Numbered from the stretch's first letter, positions 26,981-36,296 are shown. The stretch is DNA of 64,000 nucleotides from Verrucomicrobiales bacterium (GCA_024638765.1 JAHEJT010000004.1:174-64173); one strand, 5' to 3'. Notes: generated by a model from the sequence alone, not told the origin. A program made the numbers and translations.

Positions 26981-27430
26981 CTAGCGAATCGTATTTCGAA
27001 AGGCGCGCACCGAGAATTGGCGCGTCGGCAACGTCCCCTGAGATCCGCCGGTCCAGGAGCCCTCGGTCCAACCCCCTTCGTCCTTCACGGAATCAAGAGT
27101 GAGCGTAATCACCTGTCCCTCCAGGTTGGCTTCAGCGGGCGAGACGGTCACAAAGGTCGGTGCGCCGCTCCGGGCGGGCTCGGGTGGCATGATAGCTCCG
27201 ATTGCCGCCGGATCGAGGCCCAACTGGTAAAGGCGGGCATGGCATTCCAGGTAATTGACCCCGCGCGCCAGACGATGGCCCATTTCCTCCTGGGTCGTCA
27301 TCGTCAGGCTGAAGGAAGCAGCTGCGCTGATCCCTATCAGGAGAATTCCGCTAGCGACGAGCACTTCTATGAGCGAATAGCCCGAACCCTTCTTCCGCGC
27401 TGTTTGTGTATGAAATTCTGCTGGTTTCAT
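26981..27430 (-). CDS. Pseudopilin / minor pilin
   Basis: KKGSG / YSLIEVLVASGILLIGISAAASF. The start overlaps the upstream stop by 4 nt. Confidence 0.8.
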   Translation of the reverse strand: MKPAEFHTQTARKKGSGYSLIEVLVASGILLIGISAAASFSLTMTTQEEMGHRLARGVNYLECHARLYQLGLDPAAIGAIMPPEPARSGAPTFVTVSPAEANLEGQVITLTLDSVKDEGGWTEGSWTGGSQGTLPTRQFSVRAFRNTIR

Positions 27431-28821
27431 TTTCTATACATCTCTATCCAGGCGTTACGCACATCAAAGCCGGCAAGGCTCAGCGGATCGACAGCCTCTG
27501 CAAACACGTCGACTCGGCCGGGCCCCCCAAGATTCTCCTGAATAATGCTCCGGTCAGTTCGGATTCCTCCCTTTAATGTCACGGTCCCGCCGAAAGCGTT
27601 CTGAAGCCTCGTCGTCGTGTTCTCCACAACCAGCATCAGACGCCACTGCGGGTTGGAATTGGAGTTCCAGAAAACCACGCCGGTTTCTCCCCCTCCGGGA
27701 GGATCCTTCTTGACTCCGAGAATCAGCAGGCGGTTGTTGGCGCCTAACATGAAAACCGATCTGAGATCGTTCAGGTCGGTCGGCCGCTGATTAAGCACGA
27801 TATAAAGGGGTGGAAGTAACGCGGCGTTGGCATAGTCCGTCGGCGTCTCCTGTCCCTGCAGAAAGAGCCACTGCGCGTTTTCGATGTAGGCGCCTTCCAG
27901 GGCGCCGTCATCCAGTTGGATCGTGACGGTGCCACTGCCGTCGGATATGACCCCACGGTCGGGTCCGTGCGCCGTATTTCCGTTGACCGACACCGGGCCC
28001 TTGGAGAGCACTACCTGATAAAGGGAGTTTTCCTCGTTTCCAACGCCGGGGCGGATGACGTTCAGCTCTCCGCCGTAAGCTTCCGCTCCTGAATACTTGT
28101 TGTTGGTTCTGGGCGGAAAGGGGTAATTGCTTGGAAAAACGGCCGGACCGGTGGGATCTACCGGGCTCTGCAATGCCAAAGTCGATGTGGGCAACGGCGG
28201 GGTGATGTAGTCGATGGAAGTCAAGGTGCCCATATTGCCACCGGGTTCCGCCGTATAGATGAGCGATCGGCCGTAGATATTGAGACTTCCATCGACGAGA
28301 TTCGTCTCCCCCGGACTCAGTGTCGGCGTGTGCAGTGCGAAGATTTCTCCGCTCAGCGGACTGGAGCGCGATCGGATCTGCGCGGTGTAAGTCTCCGCGG
28401 ACACACCTTGCTTATCTGAAACGACGAAATCCAAGTCCTGGGTGTTGAGGGTGCCGGAAGACGTGGCAAACTGGTTGAACAACCCGGTGGTCGGGGATGC
28501 CAGCGGCGACTGGGCCCATGTCGCGGGGGCCGGAATCTCGTACCTAAACCAATTGCCGGTTCCGAGGACCGCGGGGGAAACGGTCGGCGGAGTGGTTTCC
28601 GTGACTACGTCCCGGTAAATCTTTTCCTTGGCGGCAGCCTTACTGTTTTGGATGCTGATACGGCGGTCCATGGTGAGGTCAAGCGCGTCAACGGCGTTAA
28701 TGCGCGCGTTGATCAGGGAGACCCAAGCGGTGAGGCCGAGGGTTCCCAGAAGGCATATAACAAGCGCCATAATCGCGATGCTGCCTTTCTGACCTTTTCT
28801 TGGTGAGATAGTTCTTTTCAT
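27427..28821 (-). CDS. Large (464 aa) PilX/GspK-like minor pilin lacking Glu5
   Basis: ORF 27427..29145 trimmed to ATG 28821. N-terminus MKRTISPRKGQKGSIAIMALVICLLGTLGL resembles the E5-less GspK/PilX_N type. The rest has no motif I recognise. Confidence 0.55.
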   Translation of the reverse strand: MKRTISPRKGQKGSIAIMALVICLLGTLGLTAWVSLINARINAVDALDLTMDRRISIQNSKAAAKEKIYRDVVTETTPPTVSPAVLGTGNWFRYEIPAPATWAQSPLASPTTGLFNQFATSSGTLNTQDLDFVVSDKQGVSAETYTAQIRSRSSPLSGEIFALHTPTLSPGETNLVDGSLNIYGRSLIYTAEPGGNMGTLTSIDYITPPLPTSTLALQSPVDPTGPAVFPSNYPFPPRTNNKYSGAEAYGGELNVIRPGVGNEENSLYQVVLSKGPVSVNGNTAHGPDRGVISDGSGTVTIQLDDGALEGAYIENAQWLFLQGQETPTDYANAALLPPLYIVLNQRPTDLNDLRSVFMLGANNRLLILGVKKDPPGGGETGVVFWNSNSNPQWRLMLVVENTTTRLQNAFGGTVTLKGGIRTDRSIIQENLGGPGRVDVFAEAVDPLSLAGFDVRNAWIEMYRK

Positions 28822-28846
28822 TTTGATCGGTGAAATCACGGTGACA

Positions 28847-29872
28847 TTAAAAGGCAGGAAACATTGGAAACACGAACATGTAGCTGGTTCGCCCTCCCAT
28901 CCAGGCGTACTCAGACACCGGATTGGAGGCCGGAAGGGCGGCAGGCAGTTCGTCCACTCGCATGGATGAAGCACCGGGATCCGGCCACCACATGAAGTAA
29001 AAAGGCCTGTTCTCCGCGACCTTGAACCGGTCGGCCCAATTTCTTTCCGCCGCGATATCGTCATCTTCGACGATCGAAAGCCGGCTCCGGCGTTCAAAAG
29101 AGACGAAAAGCGGCCGAAAAAGCACCTCATTGTCCACCTGCCCATAGAAGCAATCGTAGTAATTGGTAAGTCTCATCGGCAGACTTGCCACCGCTTGGTC
29201 CGGCGCGTAGCGGCGCACGGAGACGTAAGTGCCCGCGGGACTTGACGGCACGATCAGGTCGATCTCATAGATGGCCAGAGTATTCAGAAGAGACTCATCG
29301 TTGTTTTGCCGGAACATGAATATCGTTCCGCTGCTGGCGTCTCCCGCGACATTGAAGTAGGCCGGAGCATTTTCGAAAATCAAGCCGGCATCCGGTATCA
29401 TCGCGATAAGGTGTTGGCGGAAAGCCTCCGGTGTATCCAGCATGGGGGTGCCGGCGGGGAAATTGATGGCCTCGTCCGGATGTGGGGAAGGTCGGACTGT
29501 ATTAAGCTTGTTTCTCCCCAGACAAAAAATCGCGGAAGCACGTTCGACGTCTTCATAAAAACGCCCGCGTAATTCATCAGAGCGCGCCATTCTTCCGTAG
29601 TTTGGCGTCGCATAGACGTTTATGCTGCTCTGCGGCAGATCATACAGGTTCGTAAGCACGGTGTTATCCGGGAAAGTCACCGTAACAACGCTCGAAAGCC
29701 TCTTGTTATTCGAGGTGATGCTCTGGAAAACGAGGGAAGCCGCACTGAATGCCAGCGCGGAAATGCTCAAAGCAGCCAGAGCTTCAATCAGGGTGAACCC
29801 ATGTCCCCCCGTAGACTGCCGTACCGTCCCTCTTGGGGCGATCCGGAGTCTTCTTGGCCATTTCTTCTTCAT
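28847..29872 (-). CDS. Large (341 aa) pilin-like protein with a canonical prepilin N-terminus
   Basis: GGHG / FTLIEALAALSISALAFSAASLVF. Confidence 0.7.
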   Translation of the reverse strand: MKKKWPRRLRIAPRGTVRQSTGGHGFTLIEALAALSISALAFSAASLVFQSITSNNKRLSSVVTVTFPDNTVLTNLYDLPQSSINVYATPNYGRMARSDELRGRFYEDVERASAIFCLGRNKLNTVRPSPHPDEAINFPAGTPMLDTPEAFRQHLIAMIPDAGLIFENAPAYFNVAGDASSGTIFMFRQNNDESLLNTLAIYEIDLIVPSSPAGTYVSVRRYAPDQAVASLPMRLTNYYDCFYGQVDNEVLFRPLFVSFERRSRLSIVEDDDIAAERNWADRFKVAENRPFYFMWWPDPGASSMRVDELPAALPASNPVSEYAWMGGRTSYMFVFPMFPAF

Positions 29873-29973
29873 TGGTTTGTTTGTGTTTCCAGGCGGCCGC
29901 GAAGATCTTTCCTGTAACTTCCCGGCTGGTCCTCAGAACTCAACCCGGGAAATCACTCTGTTTTCGCAGGGCC

Positions 29974-30585
29974 TCAGTTCTTCTTCCCTCCAGGACCCTC
30001 GCCAAAGGAAGGCAAAGAAACGACACCTTCCCTCGCCTTCTTCGTCTGGGTGTAGGTCTGGATGTCTCGTTCCTTGGCATTGCTGTCTCCAGGTTGTCCT
30101 TTGAGGACAAACTCGACGCTTGGTTCCATGTTGATCGGTAAAATAAGTTTTCTGCCGTCGTAACGGGATGTTCTCTTGTCCAGCCAGGCCAGCTCCGCCT
30201 GTACTTCCGAAACGTCGCTGACAATAATCAACTCGGTCTGCCCCTTAAGGAGCTTGGGAACGAGTTTCCCTTTTTCCAGGATCAGATCTCCCACGAGAAC
30301 CTTAACCGAGCCGTTGTCGCCTTCGCTGACACCGTTGACAGCGAGATTGGCGAAAATCCTCCGGATCCGGCTTTCTTCGGACTCCTTGTCATAATAGGCT
30401 TGAACCTGTTTTTCGGCTCGGACTGCAAAGGGATTCCTTTCCGATTCCGGAATAATGATCGGACTTTTCTGCTCCGGGAGGATCCCGATGGCTAAAGCGG
30501 TTTCCTGTGCTTTCGAAGAAAGCGCGCAGAGCGATAACAGGGCCGAGAGAAGGCTGCAAAGTTTCAATGAGTTTCGCGATTTCAT
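29974..30585 (-). CDS. Secreted hypothetical protein in the PilP position
   Basis: ATG 30585 gives the signal peptide MKSRNSLKLCSLLSALLSLCALSSKAQE. A TTG at 30606 that overlaps the upstream stop is an alternative. Assigned by position only. Confidence 0.5.
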   Translation of the reverse strand: MKSRNSLKLCSLLSALLSLCALSSKAQETALAIGILPEQKSPIIIPESERNPFAVRAEKQVQAYYDKESEESRIRRIFANLAVNGVSEGDNGSVKVLVGDLILEKGKLVPKLLKGQTELIIVSDVSEVQAELAWLDKRTSRYDGRKLILPINMEPSVEFVLKGQPGDSNAKERDIQTYTQTKKAREGVVSLPSFGEGPGGKKN

Positions 30586-30602
30586 GGCGACTTGATTCTG
30601 CT

Positions 30603-31163
30603 TCAACTATTTTCGTTTCCTTGTCCGGTCTGAATCAGGGGAACATCCATGAGCACCTCTATATTGATGTCATTGCCCCCTCCTCCTTTGGAAATCCGGT
30701 AAGTCGAAATTCTTGAGGTGGGCATGCTTTCTTCCAAGTGTCCCAGCCAGTTCATGGTCTTAATGTATTCATCCTGAATCTTCAGATGCGCCCTCAATCT
30801 TTTCTGGATGAATCCGCTCTTACTCTTTTGACCGAGGATCTGGGTGCGTTGTGAGGTCGCGAACACCTGTCCGGATTTGATCAGTTCGATAATGCGCTGC
30901 TCCTCCTGCTCGGTATTCCAGGTGCTGGCCATGTAAGGCAGCCATTTTTCAAAGTACTCACGTAACCCCGAGGACTTTTGCTTGAGATCGGTAAGCTTCT
31001 TCTCGGACTCGCCTCGTTGAAACTCAGACGCTTTAGCCTTGGATTCAGCGTCCCCTGCTTCCTTCCGGATGCTATTCAGTTCACTTCGCATTTTTTGCAT
31101 CCCGTAACCCACAATCGCGATGAGCAGTGCGATCACAATGCATGCCATTTGTTTCTCTTTCAT
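30603..31163 (-). CDS. Bitopic coiled-coil protein in the PilO position
   Basis: One N-terminal TM (ACIVIALLIAIVGYG) followed by a charged coiled coil. Assigned by position and topology only. Confidence 0.5.
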   Translation of the reverse strand: MKEKQMACIVIALLIAIVGYGMQKMRSELNSIRKEAGDAESKAKASEFQRGESEKKLTDLKQKSSGLREYFEKWLPYMASTWNTEQEEQRIIELIKSGQVFATSQRTQILGQKSKSGFIQKRLRAHLKIQDEYIKTMNWLGHLEESMPTSRISTYRISKGGGGNDINIEVLMDVPLIQTGQGNENS

Positions 31164-31181
31164 GATGATCGATGAGTTAAA

Positions 31182-31751
31182 CTACTGTTTGTTGGGATTC
31201 TGCCAGATAAGTGTGGCCCTGTAATCGAGGGAGTCTTTGACCTTGTTCTGCTGGGCGGAATAGGCGCGATAGCTCAGCTCCTTGATCGACTTCAAAGTGC
31301 GCTCCAACTGCTCCGGACCCGCACCGTTAAGCTTGAGGCCCAGGTAAAGCTGCGCCGGAATTTCGGCGTTACGCGTTATCGTGAGTTCGGAAATCGTTAC
31401 CGAGGGATCCATGCTTCGCGTGATGGCAACGGTGAGCGGTTGGATGGCATGCGCGCCTTCCATCCAAGCGACAATGTCGCGAGCGCGCAGGTTCTGCTTG
31501 GTGATGGCATCCATCTCGGAAGTGAGCTTCTGGTTGGCCTGGTTTTGGCGCGCATCCTCGGCGAGCCACTTCTCCTTGCCGGCAGTGGCTTGGCGGATTC
31601 CGAGATAAAACCACGCTCCCAGCACCAGTGCTCCCACCACGGAAGCGTAAAAGAGAATCGGGACCAACCGGAGATAACCGGGGAGGCCATGGGAAACATC
31701 CGGGCGTTCCGATTTGAGATCGTGACAGAGTAAGGCGTCTTTTGCGTCCAT
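31182..31751 (-). CDS. Bitopic protein in the PilN position
   Basis: TM LVPILFYASVVGALVLGAWFYLGI followed by a coiled coil. Assigned by position and topology only. Confidence 0.5.
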   Translation of the reverse strand: MDAKDALLCHDLKSERPDVSHGLPGYLRLVPILFYASVVGALVLGAWFYLGIRQATAGKEKWLAEDARQNQANQKLTSEMDAITKQNLRARDIVAWMEGAHAIQPLTVAITRSMDPSVTISELTITRNAEIPAQLYLGLKLNGAGPEQLERTLKSIKELSYRAYSAQQNKVKDSLDYRATLIWQNPNKQ

Positions 31752-31772
31752 AGCGTGATTGCCAATTGTGCT

Positions 31773-32642
31773 TTAATTCCTCCCCAACACCGTCCACAGG
31801 TGGTCGGGCTGGGTAACATCCTGAAGGCTAAAATTCTTAAGGCCCTCCACCATCCGCTGCGCGAATGGCGTTTCCAGGCGATCGTTGAGGAATACGACAG
31901 GCGTCCCTGGTTCCAGATCCTGGAAAAATGGAGCGGTCAGCTGCGCTACGGGACCGATATCGTCTTCGTAAACGCCGCTGCGGGCACGCAGCTCAGACCA
32001 CTGCCCCTGCCGTTGCCGGAGCACGAACACCGACCCCTCGCAGCAAGTCAGCAGGATCAGGTCCTTCGGTCTTTCTTCCTCGGAGAGACGGTTTAGACCG
32101 TTCAAGTATTCGGCGACCATTCCAAAAATGCCGACGCTGATGCGCGCCGGCTGAAGACCGATCATCTTTAATACCTCATCGCTCGATTTCACCAACGACT
32201 CATCGCAGGCGAGCAGGATGCTCGCGCTGGTTTCCGGATTGTGATAGACGGCGTATTTCTTGGTTCGGTCGCATTTCGCTCCCAGGACCGCCTTCGGATT
32301 ACTACGAATGAGCTTTTCATATCCGGCACGGCGCGAGAGATTGTTTTCCAAACTGATGACAAAGCGATTGTTGATGGAAACGCAAACCCAGCCGTTGTCT
32401 GTCAGCGATTTCCACTCTTCAGCCATCTGTGGGGCAACTTCCTTGAGTTCCCCCTCGACCGATCCTGCGTCTTCGAAATCCCCCTTCTTACCAACCGATC
32501 TCCAGGAGATCTTATCGCGGCTGATATTGAGCAGGAGGTAGCGTCTCCCGACCATCCTCTTGCTCATGGCAGAGCTGCTGTCATCGGAATCGGGCTGAAA
32601 AGCCGAGAAAGTAAGAACGTCTTTAATATCCTGGAGCTTCAT
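31773..32642 (-). CDS. Cytoplasmic hypothetical protein in the PilM position
   Basis: 289 aa with no TM, 1 nt downstream of the PilT-like stop. I could not see an actin-like ATPase motif. Confidence 0.4.
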   Translation of the reverse strand: MKLQDIKDVLTFSAFQPDSDDSSSAMSKRMVGRRYLLLNISRDKISWRSVGKKGDFEDAGSVEGELKEVAPQMAEEWKSLTDNGWVCVSINNRFVISLENNLSRRAGYEKLIRSNPKAVLGAKCDRTKKYAVYHNPETSASILLACDESLVKSSDEVLKMIGLQPARISVGIFGMVAEYLNGLNRLSEEERPKDLILLTCCEGSVFVLRQRQGQWSELRARSGVYEDDIGPVAQLTAPFFQDLEPGTPVVFLNDRLETPFAQRMVEGLKNFSLQDVTQPDHLWTVLGRN

Positions 32643-32643
32643 T

Positions 32644-33702
32644 TTAAGTCGTTGGTATCGTTATGGATTCAGCCTCGAGATATTCGACGATCTCGTGTGC
32701 GGTGAATCCGCTCTTAGTAGTCGAGGAACTCTGGAAACCCTCTTCGGCACGAATGCCAATGCTTCTCTCGAAGTTCATCATTCCGCGGCTCCAGCCGGCT
32801 TCCAGCTCGTGGTCGAGCTTCTTGAATTCGTTGGCCCGGATAATCGCGGAAACGGAGTCGTATTTCAGAAGAATTTCGTGAATGGGAAAGCGCTTGTCTT
32901 TGTTCTCATCCAGCATGAGCTGCTGACACAGAATCATGCGCATGCTATCCGCGAAGGAGAGCACCGCGCTTTCCACGCGCTCCACCGGGATCAGCTTAAT
33001 GAAGCGTTGCACCGTTTCTGCGGCGGAAGAGGTGTGCAGGGTGGCGACCACAACGTGACCCGTTTCCGCAGCCTGCAGGGCAATTTCCGCGGTCTCGCCG
33101 TCACGAATTTCACCAATGATGATCACGTCGGGAGCCTGGCGCAGAGCCGCTTTAAGCGAAGCGCCGAAATCGTGCTCATCCGAGCCCATTTCCCGTTGCG
33201 AGATTAGAGAAGGTAAATCCTCGGGATAAATGTATTCGATGGGATCCTCGAAGCTGATGACGTGCTCTCGACGGCGTTCCGCGCGGGCGAGAACCAGGGA
33301 GGCAATGGTCGTCGATTTACCGCTTCCCGTCGCGCCGCACACGAGAAAGAGGCCGTTGCGTGCCTCCAGGACGGCCTTGGTGGCTGCGGGGGGCACCTTG
33401 ATCTGGTCGGTGCTGGGAATGCTCTCCGGGAGCAGGCGCATGACCCAACGGTAACGCCCCCGGGTCACCATGCGGCTGACGCGGAAGCGCCGTCCACCAA
33501 GGGTGATGGCGTAATCCAGGCAGCCGGGCTTGACCTCCATGGCCTCGGAGGGCTGGTAAACAAAAGAGTCGTAACAGAGTTTTCCGTTACGCTTGTAACA
33601 AAGCTGTTCCCAGGGAGTGATGTAGAAGTCACTGACGCCGGAATCCTGCGAGACGTGCATGATCCGGTGACCCAATTGACTCTGTTCGTTGATGTCGTCC
33701 AT
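32644..33702 (-). CDS. pilT: PilT/PilU-family hexameric ATPase (first gene of the minus-strand pilus operon)
   Basis: Walker A GATGSGKSTTIASL. DVIIIGEIRD. ETGHVVVATLHTSSA. Confidence 0.85.
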   Translation of the reverse strand: MDDINEQSQLGHRIMHVSQDSGVSDFYITPWEQLCYKRNGKLCYDSFVYQPSEAMEVKPGCLDYAITLGGRRFRVSRMVTRGRYRWVMRLLPESIPSTDQIKVPPAATKAVLEARNGLFLVCGATGSGKSTTIASLVLARAERRREHVISFEDPIEYIYPEDLPSLISQREMGSDEHDFGASLKAALRQAPDVIIIGEIRDGETAEIALQAAETGHVVVATLHTSSAAETVQRFIKLIPVERVESAVLSFADSMRMILCQQLMLDENKDKRFPIHEILLKYDSVSAIIRANEFKKLDHELEAGWSRGMMNFERSIGIRAEEGFQSSSTTKSGFTAHEIVEYLEAESITIPTT

Positions 33703-34005
33703 CGGTGGCTCAGCAGAGGAACCCGGGACTCCACGTAGAGGGATCCGGCGGGGCGGACGTGGGATACAGGGTGTGGAAGGGTTTGTTAGATTCTATGGTA
33801 ATTATGAAAAATTTGGCAATCTTTGCTTATCAAATTAATCTAGTTCACCTCTTTATTATGGATTTTTATTATAGAGTGAGTCAATACAAATTGATAGTTT
33901 TTTTTATCATAAACATATTTTTCCTTTATCAAAGTGGGAATTTCATGATATATAAATCTTTAACTTGTTCTAATTACATCTGAAGATCTCGAGAAGCTGA
34001 GTATC
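33703..34005. promoter_or_regulatory. Sharply AT-rich divergent control region between the PilT-led operon and the secretin gene
   Basis: From about 33780 to 33990 the sequence is dominated by A/T runs, unlike the flanks. There is a perfect TATAAT on the minus strand (33873..33868). On the plus strand, TTGATA-17-CATATT lies at 33891..33919. Confidence 0.5.
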
Positions 34006-35970
34006 ATGAAAAAACTAAGCCTTGTTCTACTGTCAGTGTTCCTGCTCGCCTCGGGCTCGTCCGCCCAGGACCCCAGGCAGCTTGTCCTCGCCAATTCTCC
34101 CGCCTATGAAGCTGCCGCCATTCCCCTTCGCAGTTCGTCTCCTCAGCAATACGAGTTCTCCCAAGCCGTCCTCGGGGATGTTCTTCGGCTCCTCGCTCAC
34201 GACGCCGGCATCTCCTTCTTTTCACTTCCCACGGAAGCGGATGGCGCCGACACCCTCGTCACCTTCAACATCACCTCGAGTCCCTTTAAAGCCCTGGAGA
34301 CCCTCGCCTCGGCCAACGGCGTCGCTCTCATCTACGACGAAGGGATCTGGTACATGCGGCCCGCCAACGATAAGGAGCTCATCGGCCGCACCTATTTCAT
34401 CAAGTACAACTCGCTGGAAAGCGTCACCTCCAGCGGCGGCGGCAGTGGTGGCGGCGGTGGTAGTAGTAGCGGCCTCAATACCGGGATCAGCCTCCAAGGC
34501 AACACTTCGACCTTTACCGTCGAGCCCAGCGCCCTCCTCGAAGATATTCGCGAGCTTCTCGATCTTCAAACCACCGGCTTCAGCGCGAACATTGCGGGCT
34601 CCGTCACTGTCGATAGCCTCGGGCAGACCGTCGCACCTGCCACCCTGATCAATGACCAGAGCCTGATGACCAGCAACAATACCAACTCGAGCACAGGCAA
34701 GGTCATCTGGAATTCCGACACCAACTCCCTTTACGTCGTCGCCACCCGGCAACAGCACCAGTGGATCGAAGCTTACCTCGCCTCTGCCGACCAGCCGCAG
34801 TCGCTGATCGCCCTCGAAGTGAAGTTCTTCGAAACCTCCAAGGATCCCAAGGAACAATTCGGCCTGGACTGGACCGGCACACTCGGGAAGGGATACGAAG
34901 GCGTCTTCTTCACACCCGACCCGCCGGCGGCGGGCACTCCTGCCACCCCCCGTGCGGCCGGTGATGCTGAGAATATCTTCGGCCTCGTCAACCCCAACCG
35001 GCTCGGCGATTTCGCGGCCCCGACGACCGCGGTCCTCAGCCTCGACGATGTGCGCGTCCGCCTTCGCGCGCTGGTGGACGATTCCAAGACCACGACCGTC
35101 TCTTACCCGCGGATGCTGACACTTAACAACCGTGAAGTCGTCCTGCGCAGCGTTATCAACCAGCCGGTCCTGGCCTCTTCCTCGAGCACCTCGGTCGGAG
35201 CAGGCGCCACCACGACGTCCTCGGTCGATTACCTGCCAATCGGAACCGTCCTCAACATTCTCCCCAAGACAATGTCCGACGATCAGATCTTGCTCAACAT
35301 CTCGCTGACCATCTCCAGCATCCTTACCACCGAGAACATCGAGGGCAATCCCTTCCCGGTGGCAAGTTCGCGCGTTTACTCCGCACCGGTGCTCGTGGGA
35401 TCGGGATACACGGTCGCCATTGGTGGCCTGGATGAGGCGGACGAATCTGTCTCCAATGTTGGCGTCCCCATCCTTGGAAGAATTCCCCTGTTCGGCACCG
35501 CGTTCTCTTACCGTGACCGCGCCAAGAGCCGCAAGAATCTGCTCATGATGATTACGCCGACCCTCGTCGACTCCCGTGGCGGCGGCCTTCCGGATGAACC
35601 CCAGGCGGTCGTCCGGCAGACTCCAGAGAAAACCGCTAAGCCTCGAATTTTTGCCGACGGAACCCTCGTCCAGGACATCTCGGAGTTTCCGCAGGCGCTC
35701 GAGGCGCTCTCCAACGAACTGGACGTCCTGACTCAGACAGTGCGAGAAGGGCGCAGCAGCAAGCAGGTCATCGAAAAGCTCGCGGAACTCAACGAGGCAA
35801 CCGAACTTACGGTCAGAAAAATCCGGCTGACCATCGAGCAAAATCCTGACAGCTGGGAAGAGCTTCGGCCCTACGAAATCGGATTCGTGGAAATGACCGA
35901 TCGGGTCGGACGCATTCGCCGCGACAGCAAGAAGAGCGATTACGATCGCAAGTTTCCGTTTAATTTCTAG
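34006..35970 (+). CDS. pilQ: Secretin (PilQ/GspD family) outer-membrane channel
   Basis: Signal peptide MKKLSLVLLSVFLLASGSSAQ. Gly/Ser linker. C-terminal secretin motif VPILGRIPLFGTAFSYRDRAKSRKNLLMMITPTLV. Confidence 0.9.
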   Translation: MKKLSLVLLSVFLLASGSSAQDPRQLVLANSPAYEAAAIPLRSSSPQQYEFSQAVLGDVLRLLAHDAGISFFSLPTEADGADTLVTFNITSSPFKALETLASANGVALIYDEGIWYMRPANDKELIGRTYFIKYNSLESVTSSGGGSGGGGGSSSGLNTGISLQGNTSTFTVEPSALLEDIRELLDLQTTGFSANIAGSVTVDSLGQTVAPATLINDQSLMTSNNTNSSTGKVIWNSDTNSLYVVATRQQHQWIEAYLASADQPQSLIALEVKFFETSKDPKEQFGLDWTGTLGKGYEGVFFTPDPPAAGTPATPRAAGDAENIFGLVNPNRLGDFAAPTTAVLSLDDVRVRLRALVDDSKTTTVSYPRMLTLNNREVVLRSVINQPVLASSSSTSVGAGATTTSSVDYLPIGTVLNILPKTMSDDQILLNISLTISSILTTENIEGNPFPVASSRVYSAPVLVGSGYTVAIGGLDEADESVSNVGVPILGRIPLFGTAFSYRDRAKSRKNLLMMITPTLVDSRGGGLPDEPQAVVRQTPEKTAKPRIFADGTLVQDISEFPQALEALSNELDVLTQTVREGRSSKQVIEKLAELNEATELTVRKIRLTIEQNPDSWEELRPYEIGFVEMTDRVGRIRRDSKKSDYDRKFPFNF

Positions 35971-36015
35971 CCTTGGACCACAGCCCGAACGGGCCTTTTC
36001 ATTGGTTTTGCCAAG

Positions 36016-36056
36016 CGCCCGGTTCCTCTCTGCGGGGACCGGGCGTTTCTCTTTTC
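36016..36056 (+). terminator. Rho-independent terminator of the secretin gene
   Basis: CGCCCGGTTCC-loop-GGGGACCGGGCG (11-bp stem including one G-U pair) followed by TTTCTCTTTTCT. Confidence 0.65.
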
Positions 36057-36296
36057 TCGCGAGAACCGTTGTATTCCGGAACCCGGCAATGCGGCTGGAT
36101 CTGTGCCGAGGGAGAGGATTCTCCAGCCTCTGCCCCTCCCGCACTTTTCGTCGGCCCCGCACTTCACCGGAACTCCGGCTTCTTCCCCGACTCTAATGCT
36201 CCTGAGGCTATCGGGATCCGACTCACCGAGAGACCGCGGGCGAAGTCTCTCTACCCTGGAATCAAGGAGAGTCCCCGGCGCCGGATGTGACTCAAA

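Noticed and set aside
33814-33827. Sigma54-like TGGCAA-TCTT-TGCTT upstream of the secretin
   Set aside because: The GG-to-GC spacing is 10 nt instead of the canonical 12. This is probably a chance match in AT-rich DNA.
33705-33983. 92-aa ORF (MVIMKNLAIFAYQINLVHLFIMDFYY...) inside the AT-rich island
   Set aside because: Its composition (Ile/Phe/Tyr/Asn/Lys) is what AT-rich non-coding DNA yields in any frame. It has no RBS-like context, and it occupies the divergent promoter region.
34222-36162. 646-aa minus-strand ORF antisense to the secretin
   Set aside because: It is an antisense shadow of a gene with clear secretin motifs. Its sequence is Gly/Arg/Asp-rich with no recognisable domain.
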